Source: a virus
Lineage: Duplodnaviria; Caudoviricetes
Reading direction: 5' to 3' (one strand)
DNA: 46,349 nt
IMG/VR virus record: IMGVR_UViG_3300014208_001435
Span: 1-46,349 of that record
Each line of letters begins with the position of its first letter. Within the stretch, counting starts at the first letter, position 1. Of this stretch, positions 25,589-33,445 are shown piece by piece. The notes beneath the pieces are model-generated. The model saw nothing but the letters and a program-made list of their open reading frames with translations. It searched no databases and had not been told where the DNA came from. The translations under genes and the position numbers were made by a program.

Positions 25589-27202
25589 ATGCAACTAACT
25601 AAAAATACGGCAAACATCACCATCACCTGCGGCCCCGCCGCATCCGGTTATTCGCTGCTGTCCGACAAGTCCGCCCCGTCCGCCCCGTCCGGACGTTCCC
25701 CCGCTCCCGCCGGCACGCGGCGCGGCGGTATCCGCGTCATGCAGGCGCGGTATGACGCGGCGATGACCAATTCTAACAACCAGCGCCACTGGATGATGGC
25801 CGACGGTCTCAGCGCGGATCAGGCGAACAGTCCCGGCGTGCGCGAAACCCTGCGGAACCGTTCGCGCTACGAATGCGCCAACTCCACACATTTAAAACAC
25901 ATGGTGCGCGTCAACGCCTATTACATGGTCGGGCGCGTGCCGCAACTGGAAATATCCAATACCGATAACGTCGACGAGGACACCGCCCAGCGCATCGAGA
26001 ATGACTGGACGAAGTGGACGGAGCGCGAACTCCTGGGACGCAAACTCCGCACCCTGACCCAGTCCGCCGACCGCGACGGCGAATCATTTTTACAGCTTTT
26101 CACCAACCGCAAATATGCGAACAATCAGGAAGTTTCCCTCAGCGTGACCGGTTTTGAAGCGCAGTATCTGCGCAATTTCGGCATTTCGTCGGACTATAAC
26201 GAGTTCAACAATATCGACGGCGTGATCCTGGACGATGACGGCAACCCGGTCATGTACTGTGTGCAGACTAATTACTATAAACCGGCGATTGAAATTCCCG
26301 CCGCGCAGATCGTCCACTGGCTGAAACCGGACCGCCCCGGACAGCATCGCGGCATTCCCGAGACCACCGCCGGACTCAACCTGTCCGCCTACCGCCGCGA
26401 TTATACGCTGTCCGTAATGCAGGCCGCCCGCAACGCCGCCGACCAGGCCTATTATCTGAAGACCAATAACGCCGAGGAAGTCGATGACAACGGCGCGCCG
26501 CTGATCACCGTCGGCTCCACCGACGGACTGCCCGACGCCGATCTCGCCGCCTTCGAGACCGCCCCGGTCGACCTGTCGCGCGGCGCGATCAACATCATGC
26601 CCTACGGCACCGAACCGGGCATGCTGAAGGCCGAGCAGCCGGTCAACACCTACAAGGATTTCAACCGGGAAACCCTCTGCGCCGACGCCGCCGGTTTCTC
26701 CATGCCGATGAACATCGCGACCTGTGATTCCAGCCAGTACAACTTCGCTTCCGGCAAGCTGGATTTCCAGTTTTTTGCGACGAAGATTTCGATTGAACAG
26801 TACGACTTCAACCTGATCGTGCTCGACCCGATCTTCGCCGAATGGTTCGGGGAATACAAGCTGCTGCCGGCGAATGCCGATCTGCGCGGACTGGACACCC
26901 CGGAACACGAATGGATGTATGACAGCGCCGATCCGGTCAATCCGCTGCCCGAAGCCAAAGCCGCGACTGAGCGCATGGCGAACGAGACCAGCAATCTCGC
27001 CATCGAGTGCGGCAAGTCCGGACGCGACTGGCGCGACGTCGTCAAAAAGTCCATCCAGATTGAAAAATTCCGCGCCGCCGAGCGCAAAGCCGCCGGCCTG
27101 CCGGATTTGGCTGCTCCGACCAGTCCGACTCGTCCGCCCAGTCCCGCCAAGTCCGACTCGTCCGACCCGACCGCTAAACAATCAGGAGACAATAATGAAT
27201 AA
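25589..27202 (+). CDS. Portal protein, lambda family
   Basis: LRNRSRYE, RDGESF, RPGQHRGIP, NFASGKLD and NPLPEAKA motifs; alternative start 25739. Confidence 0.9.
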   Translation: MQLTKNTANITITCGPAASGYSLLSDKSAPSAPSGRSPAPAGTRRGGIRVMQARYDAAMTNSNNQRHWMMADGLSADQANSPGVRETLRNRSRYECANSTHLKHMVRVNAYYMVGRVPQLEISNTDNVDEDTAQRIENDWTKWTERELLGRKLRTLTQSADRDGESFLQLFTNRKYANNQEVSLSVTGFEAQYLRNFGISSDYNEFNNIDGVILDDDGNPVMYCVQTNYYKPAIEIPAAQIVHWLKPDRPGQHRGIPETTAGLNLSAYRRDYTLSVMQAARNAADQAYYLKTNNAEEVDDNGAPLITVGSTDGLPDADLAAFETAPVDLSRGAINIMPYGTEPGMLKAEQPVNTYKDFNRETLCADAAGFSMPMNIATCDSSQYNFASGKLDFQFFATKISIEQYDFNLIVLDPIFAEWFGEYKLLPANADLRGLDTPEHEWMYDSADPVNPLPEAKAATERMANETSNLAIECGKSGRDWRDVVKKSIQIEKFRAAERKAAGLPDLAAPTSPTRPPSPAKSDSSDPTAKQSGDNNE

Positions 27203-27325
27203 TCCACATCCCGATACGTCGCCTCTCCTCCAGTTGAAGGCCGCGCTGACTTTAGCGGCGGCCGCCGTCGAACCGGGCGGTTCCGCCAGCCCCGCCCGGT
27301 TCGGCTTTTTTTCCAGCGGGAGGGC

Positions 27326-27925
27326 GTGACCATGCATAATTACCCGCAGATTATTTTCTCCGGCGACATGATTCTGGCCGCCGCTGAAATGATGTCCCCC
27401 GGCGCGCTGCCGCAGCCGACGCCGTTCAATTCTTTGATTTATGACGGCGGAAAAATGCTGCTCAACATCAACGGCGTGAAAAAAACCGTCGTCGTCGATC
27501 TCGCCGGGCTCTCCTGGCCGTCGGATCAGAATATCGCCATCATGCTCAACCACGATTATCAGCCGATATCGGTGGCGGGCAATACGAATAAAATAACGAC
27601 CGACTACAGGACGCTGTCCTGCGCCGGCCTGCTCTACAGCCATTGCGACGAATACGTCAACCGCATCGTGCAGAAAGGCCGCGCCGGTTTCAAGTGGAAA
27701 GCCTCGCTCGGCGCGCCGATGCTGCGCGAGGAGATCGTCCCGCCCGGCCGCCAGGTCGTGATCAACGGCCAGACCTTCACCGGACCGTTCAGCATCGCCC
27801 GTGAATCGCAACTGATCGAGAGTTCGATTGTGGTGTTCGGCGCGTCTGAATCCTCATCCATGAACATCGCCGCGCGCAAAGCGCCAGGCGTAACCGATAA
27901 CTCGAACCTAATCATCCTAATCTAA
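27326..27925 (+). CDS. Prohead protease
   Basis: VVVDLAGL, MLNHD, WKASLG and ESSIVVFGA motifs; between portal and capsid. Confidence 0.75.
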   Translation: MTMHNYPQIIFSGDMILAAAEMMSPGALPQPTPFNSLIYDGGKMLLNINGVKKTVVVDLAGLSWPSDQNIAIMLNHDYQPISVAGNTNKITTDYRTLSCAGLLYSHCDEYVNRIVQKGRAGFKWKASLGAPMLREEIVPPGRQVVINGQTFTGPFSIARESQLIESSIVVFGASESSSMNIAARKAPGVTDNSNLIILI

Positions 27926-27939
27926 ACAAGGAGAAAGAA

Positions 27940-29523
27940 ATGAACAAAAAACTGTTAGCGCTGCTGATCGCCCGCGGATTGAAGGCGGACGCCACCGACC
28001 AGGAAGCCATCGACTACATGAAGGCGAACAACATCACCGTCGTGGACGCATCCGGCGACAATCCCACGCTGCAGGCCTCCGGCGCTCCGGCTCCGGTCGT
28101 CACCCCCGCCGTTACTCCCGCCCCCGCGCCGGTAATGCAGGCCGCTTCCGCCGCCACCATCGCCGCCATGCGCGAAGACGTCTCCGGCGAAGAAAAGCGC
28201 ATCAACGCCATCCGCGCGCTGCCCGGCAAAGGCACGGTCAAAGCCAACGGCCAGGACGTGGACATCAAAGCCCACGCCATCGCCCAGGGCTGGAGCCCGG
28301 CGGAAACCGAACTCGCCATCCTCCGCGCCGAGCGCACCGCCCCCGCGGTCATCGTCGCCGGACAGCCGAATCTGTCCCGCGAACTGATCCATGCTTCCGC
28401 GCTGATGGGCGTCGGACACCTGACCGGACAGAATGAAGACACGCTCATCCGCGCCGGTTTCTCCGCGCCGGTGGTCGAAGCCGCCGCCCGCCGCAAGTTC
28501 GTCCGCATCAGCCAGCTCATGCGCGCCTGCTGCGCCAATGAAGGCGTCCATATTCCGCATGACGCCACGCAGGCGGAACTGCTCCAGGCCGCGTTCAGCA
28601 CGACCTCCTTCAGCGGTATTCTCGGCAATATCCTGCGCAAGGCGATTGACTACAAGTTCTCCATCTATCCCGGAGTCGAGGACGTCCGCCGCCTGACCCG
28701 CAAGGAAACCGTCATCGACTTCAAGACAAAGAAATGGTACCGCCTCGCCACCGGCGGCGGCCTGTCCAAGCTCACCCCCGAAGGCAACCTGAAACTCGAT
28801 TATCTGAAGGACTCCGAGAACGGCCTGACCATCGACACCAAGGGCAAACAGGTCGGCATCGACCGCAAGACCCTGATCAACGACGATCTCGGCGTGCTCG
28901 TTGATATGCCCAGCCTGATGACCCAGGACGCCGCGATGCAGTTCATCGCCGATTTCTGGGCGCTGATCATCGCCAACGCCGGGAACTTCTTCAGCGAAGA
29001 TCATAAAAATCTCGACACCACCGGCGCCATCGTCGGGCCGGACGGCTATGACCTGATGTGCAAAATGCTGGCGGACATGGAATACAGCGGCATGCCGCTG
29101 ATGCTCTCCCCGCGCTATGTCGTCGTCGGCACCGGCAACGCCGCCGCCGCGAAACGCATGGCGAAGGACACCCAGACTATGGTCATGAACCGGATGTCCG
29201 GTTCCGCCGTCACCACCACCACCGGCCCCAGCGTCAACATCTACACCGGGCTTGAACCCGTCGTCAGCCCCTGGCTGCGCGGCGAGGCCGCCGGCGACTT
29301 CTACGGGTTCGCCGATCCGCAGTTCGCCACCGCCGTCCGCGCGGGGTATTTGAACGGCGTGGAAGCCCCGACCGTCGAGGAAGTCACCGACCGGCTCGAC
29401 GCGACATTCCTGGGACGCGCCTGGAACATCGTGTTCGACTACGGCTTTGATTTCGCCGATTTCCAGGGCGCGGTCAAGATGACCAGCGCGGAACAGCTCG
29501 GCGCGAAAAAAGCCAAAAAATAG
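27940..29523 (+). CDS. Major capsid protein with N-terminal scaffold-like region
   Basis: AAFSTTSF, VIDFK, LINDDLG, YLNGVEAPTVE and FDYG motifs; Ala/Pro N-terminal linker. Confidence 0.85.
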   Translation: MNKKLLALLIARGLKADATDQEAIDYMKANNITVVDASGDNPTLQASGAPAPVVTPAVTPAPAPVMQAASAATIAAMREDVSGEEKRINAIRALPGKGTVKANGQDVDIKAHAIAQGWSPAETELAILRAERTAPAVIVAGQPNLSRELIHASALMGVGHLTGQNEDTLIRAGFSAPVVEAAARRKFVRISQLMRACCANEGVHIPHDATQAELLQAAFSTTSFSGILGNILRKAIDYKFSIYPGVEDVRRLTRKETVIDFKTKKWYRLATGGGLSKLTPEGNLKLDYLKDSENGLTIDTKGKQVGIDRKTLINDDLGVLVDMPSLMTQDAAMQFIADFWALIIANAGNFFSEDHKNLDTTGAIVGPDGYDLMCKMLADMEYSGMPLMLSPRYVVVGTGNAAAAKRMAKDTQTMVMNRMSGSAVTTTTGPSVNIYTGLEPVVSPWLRGEAAGDFYGFADPQFATAVRAGYLNGVEAPTVEEVTDRLDATFLGRAWNIVFDYGFDFADFQGAVKMTSAEQLGAKKAKK

Positions 29524-29586
29524 TTTTTGTCCGGCTGGTCCTGCCTTAAAAGATTTGTTCTAAAACTTAAACAGAGGATTCAAAAA

Positions 29587-29985
29587 ATGATCATCAATCG
29601 TCAGGAAAATAAACGCGTTGACCATACTCCGCTGCTGCTGCTTGCCGCCGGGGTCATGGTCGTCATCGGCTCCAAGATCGGCTACACCACCCGCGAATGT
29701 CCCGCCGGCGAACTCGGCAGCATTGTCACCGACGGCCTGGCCGACGTCCCCAAGACCGCCACCGCGCCGGATGTCTATGAAGACTGGGCCGACGGCGAGA
29801 ACGTCTATTATGATGAATCGGCCAAAACGTTCACCACGGAAGACACCGGCAATGTCGCGGTCGGCTACTGCGACGGCGGCAGCGACACCGGCAGCGCCAT
29901 CGGCAGGATTGTGTTCAATCCGCCGCTCCGCGCCGACAATGCCGGCGCGTCACCGTCCGGGAGCGACAGCGGATCGGGGGAGTAA
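29587..29985 (+). CDS. DUF2190-like capsid decoration/cement protein
   Basis: PAGELG, GLADVPK, GENVYYD; directly after capsid; ends ASPSGSDSGSGE. Confidence 0.75.
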   Translation: MIINRQENKRVDHTPLLLLAAGVMVVIGSKIGYTTRECPAGELGSIVTDGLADVPKTATAPDVYEDWADGENVYYDESAKTFTTEDTGNVAVGYCDGGSDTGSAIGRIVFNPPLRADNAGASPSGSDSGSGE

Positions 29986-30119
29986 GTCCGAGCCCGGAAG
30001 ACTCTCCGTCCGCCAGCTCGTCTAACTCAGGAGACAGCCCGTCCGCATCGCCGGAAGCCAGTCCGTCCGGCAGCGGGTCCGGTTCTTAATCGTCCGACTT
30101 TTTTAAAAGGATTTCTGCC

Positions 30120-30473
30120 ATGAACGTTCTCGCCAGAGCTTCCGCGTTCCTGAATCGCAAGCTGCGCGCCGCCGCCGGGTGGAATGCGGCGTACAGCCGC
30201 GGGTCAAACTCGTTCACATGCGTCGCAGTCCTTGGCGGCACCGCCGCCGAGCAGACTATGTCCGATAACGGCGCGACCATTGCAACGCGGTTCCGCGATG
30301 TGCTGATCGAGCGCGCGGAGTTCAGCGGAACGTTCGTGGAGCCCCGTCAGGGCGACCTGATCACCGTCGGAACCGACAAGTACATCGTCACCGTCCGCCA
30401 GGGCATCGGCTGCTGGCGGTATTCGGACAGCGAGAAAACCCGCATGCGCATCTTTGTCAAGGAGATAAAATGA
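30120..30473 (+). CDS. Head-tail joining protein
   Basis: Position; EPRQGDLI and WRYSD motifs. Confidence 0.65.
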   Translation: MNVLARASAFLNRKLRAAAGWNAAYSRGSNSFTCVAVLGGTAAEQTMSDNGATIATRFRDVLIERAEFSGTFVEPRQGDLITVGTDKYIVTVRQGIGCWRYSDSEKTRMRIFVKEIK

Positions 30474-30973
30474 GCGATATCAGAGAACTGGGCGATGCTC
30501 TGGCGGCGGCGGTCTTCGCGCTGCTGACCGCCGGCGATTCGCCTTCCGGCTCCCTGTCCGACTCGTCCGGACAGTCCGGCCAGTCCGGCTCCCCGGCTGC
30601 TCTGTCCCCCGCCGCCCTGTCCTTCTCTTTTCTGGAAACGTTCGACGGCACGCTGACCGGCGTCCTCCAGATGGCCGTCACGCTGGGCCTGGTGGAGGGT
30701 TCCGCCGATTCGCGGAGTTCCGCGCAGGGACAGTTCCATTACGCCATCCACACGTTCATGGCGTTCGACCATGATCCGACGATGGATGAACAGGACGCTT
30801 TAGTGGTATTCCAGGAAAAGATCGTCCGGGCGCTGCCGAAAATGTCCTGCGTGCTGCCGGATCACAGCGCGGCTAAACCGCGTCTGGAAGCCTTCGCCCC
30901 CGTGGACGGCGAGGAACTCCTGACCGGCGTAGTCCACGGCATGATCGGGATTGTGTTTTTCGGCAGTTACTGA
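30470..30973 (+). CDS. Putative tail terminator/neck protein
   Basis: Start overlaps previous stop; position in neck module; Ser/Gly insert near N-terminus. Confidence 0.55.
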   Translation: MSDIRELGDALAAAVFALLTAGDSPSGSLSDSSGQSGQSGSPAALSPAALSFSFLETFDGTLTGVLQMAVTLGLVEGSADSRSSAQGQFHYAIHTFMAFDHDPTMDEQDALVVFQEKIVRALPKMSCVLPDHSAAKPRLEAFAPVDGEELLTGVVHGMIGIVFFGSY

Positions 30974-31156
30974 AAACCGGAAGTCAGGAGTCAGGAGTCA
31001 GCAGTCAGAATGAAAACATTTAAAACAAAAATTCCCGAACTTTCCGCCGAAGGCGGTACTTTTCTCGCTTGTCACTTGCTTCGCCGCACACTTTCCGGCG
31101 GAGCCGGTACTTGTCTCGCTTTTCTCGCTTGTCACTTTAAAACGGAGTTTTAACCC

Positions 31157-31924
31157 ATGCAGTCTACCGCACAACTTAAAGGCAGTTACCTGGCCGTCCG
31201 GGGCCTCACCTTTGACGAGGCCGCCGTCGGCAAGCTGCTGAACACCTATGAACGCCGCCTGCTGTCGAAGTCAGGGGCGTTCACCCGCGGCGTCGCGCGG
31301 CGGCTGGTGCGGTTCAACGCCCGGCGCGACAAACACGGCGCGCCCGGACAGCCCCCGGTCGCGCATACCCGGTTCTTCCGCGACTCGATCATGTTCACGC
31401 TCGACCCGCAGACCCGCTCCGTGATCTGCGGACCGCAGAAGTTTAAAACAGCGAATAACAACACCGCCGGACAGACCGTTCCCGAAATCCTGGAATACGG
31501 TGGCAATGCCGCCGGCGGCAAAAACCCCGCGTGGCCGGTGGCGTACCCGCCGAATAACGCCTCAATCATGGGGCTGTTCGCGCAGTATGATTTCACCATC
31601 GTGCGCTGGGGCTTCTCCGCCGCCGATCTCATCCGGCAGGCCCGCGCCGCCGGGGATTACAAAAGCCTGAAACACGCCGGCAAGCGCGGCGCCTACCGCA
31701 CCCCCGGTTTTTATTCGCCGCGCAAAGGCAGACAGGTTTATCTTCAGTTCGCGCCGAATCAGACCGCCGTGCAGCGGCAGAAATCCAGAGACATCCTGCT
31801 GGAACTGTTCGGGCAGCCCTATTTCGGCAATGCGGCCGTCGAGCCGCGCCCGTTCATGCGCCCGGCGCTGGATGAAACAGTAAAGAACATGCCGGCGCTG
31901 ATGCGCCAGGCGGAACTTAAATAA
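31157..31924 (+). CDS. Neck/tail completion protein (HK97 gp10-like)
   Basis: APGQPP, LEYGG and PRPFMRPAL motifs. Confidence 0.7.
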   Translation: MQSTAQLKGSYLAVRGLTFDEAAVGKLLNTYERRLLSKSGAFTRGVARRLVRFNARRDKHGAPGQPPVAHTRFFRDSIMFTLDPQTRSVICGPQKFKTANNNTAGQTVPEILEYGGNAAGGKNPAWPVAYPPNNASIMGLFAQYDFTIVRWGFSAADLIRQARAAGDYKSLKHAGKRGAYRTPGFYSPRKGRQVYLQFAPNQTAVQRQKSRDILLELFGQPYFGNAAVEPRPFMRPALDETVKNMPALMRQAELK

Positions 31925-31945
31925 CAACCCAACAAGGAGTTTATC

Positions 31946-32404
31946 ATGTCACTAAAAACCGGTTTTGACGGCAAACTGTACCTCGCCACTATCACTGAGG
32001 GAGGTTACACGCTCGGCGAGGAAATCGACATCGTCAAGGACTGCGATCTCGATGAATCGCGCGACGAGATCGAGGCGAATGACCGATCCAACAAAGGCCG
32101 CAAACGCTATCTCGCCGGACTCATGGACGGCAAACTCTCGTTCGGCGTGAACACCAATCCCGAAAATGAGAATTTCAAGCTCGTCCGCGCGGCGTTCCTG
32201 TCCGGCGAACCCATCGGTCTCGGCGTCCTGTTTCAGGACAAGTCGATCACCGAGGACAACGAAGGCACGGTCGGCACCTTCGTCATCACCGGCTGGAAAA
32301 AAGGCCAGCCGCTCAACGGCGCGCAGACCACCGACGTCAGCGCCTCGATGCAGACTTTCGCCGGCGACTTCCCGCCGACCGGCGGAGCCAGCCCGAGCGC
32401 GTAA
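31946..32404 (+). CDS. Major tail tube protein
   Basis: G.DGKLY start, acidic beta-rich, directly before chaperone and tape measure; ends GGASPSA. Confidence 0.75.
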   Translation: MSLKTGFDGKLYLATITEGGYTLGEEIDIVKDCDLDESRDEIEANDRSNKGRKRYLAGLMDGKLSFGVNTNPENENFKLVRAAFLSGEPIGLGVLFQDKSITEDNEGTVGTFVITGWKKGQPLNGAQTTDVSASMQTFAGDFPPTGGASPSA

Positions 32405-32468
32405 AAACCATATCTCGCACAAAGACACGGAGACACCTTTGTGCGAAAACCCTAAACTGGAGGATACC

Positions 32469-32966
32469 ATGCTGCTGAAAATTGGCGAACACGAAATGAC
32501 CCTGAAACTCAACATCGCGCAGGTCAAGCGCGTCCGGGAGAAAACCGGCTTCGATCTGCTGATGAAGCGCGACCCCAAAGCCCTGATGAACGAACTCTCC
32601 GACCAGGAGCGCGTCGCGGAAATCATCGCGGTGCTGCTGCAGCCGGAATTTGAACGCTGCAATATTGACGAGACCGGCGTCTATGAACTGTTTGACGGCG
32701 CGACGCTGAAAGCCGCGTCTGATGCGTTTTTCGCGGAACTCATAAGTTTTTTCGCGGCGATGGGCCGGACCGCCGCGGCGACGGCCCTGACGAAGATAAC
32801 GGAGACCTGGGCGCTGATGGAGACGAAGACCGTGGAACTGGTCAACCGGACGGCGGAAACACTGTCCGCGGAAGTGAACAGTCTGCAACTGCCCTCTGGT
32901 CCTATGTCTACCGCTGCGCCGGGATCGCCGGAGTCGATCCCGCCGGATTCACCTTCTGGGAACTGA
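32469..32966 (+). CDS. Tail assembly chaperone (gpG-like)
   Basis: GGAGG RBS; position; T TTT TTC slippery heptamer at 32747-32753. Confidence 0.75.
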   Translation: MLLKIGEHEMTLKLNIAQVKRVREKTGFDLLMKRDPKALMNELSDQERVAEIIAVLLQPEFERCNIDETGVYELFDGATLKAASDAFFAELISFFAAMGRTAAATALTKITETWALMETKTVELVNRTAETLSAEVNSLQLPSGPMSTAAPGSPESIPPDSPSGN

Positions 32967-33217
32967 AGGAGATGGCCGCCGGAGCCTGGCGGCCCTACGG
33001 GGATCTGATGATCTGGATCAGTTGCAATCTCGGCGCGAAAGCCCGCGATCTGCCGGATCCGGAAAAACTCAATCCCTTCAACAGTAGAAAAGAGGAAACC
33101 GGCAAACCCGACTTCCGCGAAAAGTTGAGAAATTTAAAAAGTTTCGCGCATACGCTGCCAAGGTCTGCCGCCAGCGGCAGAGGAGCCAAGCAAGAAAAGT
33201 TGAAAGGAGCCAAGTAG
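32747..33217 (+). CDS. -1 frameshift extension of chaperone (gpGT-like)
   Basis: -1 frame open from 32723 to 33217, encoding LWSYVYRCAGIAGVDPAGFTFWELKEMA. Confidence 0.65.
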   Translation, partial: FFRGDGPDRRGDGPDEDNGDLGADGDEDRGTGQPDGGNTVRGSEQSATALWSYVYRCAGIAGVDPAGFTFWELKEMAAGAWRPYGDLMIWISCNLGAKARDLPDPEKLNPFNSRKEETGKPDFREKLRNLKSFAHTLPRSAASGRGAKQEKLKGAK

Positions 33218-33249
33218 AATGCAAAAAATTAAAACACAATCGGCTGTTT

Positions 33250-33435
33250 CACTTTCCGCCATAGGCGGTACTTTTCTAGCTTTTCTCGCTTGTCACTTGC
33301 GGCGCCGCCGCACACTTTCCGCCATAGGCGGTACTTTTCTCGCTTGTCTAGCTTGTCACTTGCGGCGCAGCCGCACACTTTCCGGCAGCGCCGGTACTTG
33401 TCTAGCTTTTCTCGCTTTCAACTTTAAAACGGAGT
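33250..33435. repeat. Three tandem 63-nt composite units (hairpins plus family A 9-mers)
   Basis: CACTTTCC at 33250, 33313 and 33376; related units at 31039-31147 and 37385-37478. Confidence 0.9.
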
Positions 33436-33445
33436 TTTAACTATT

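Noticed and set aside
33250-33435. CRISPR array
   Set aside because: Units are near-identical over their whole length with no unique spacers, and no cas genes are visible
33219-33440. 73-aa ORF
   Set aside because: It is simply a translation of the tandem repeat array
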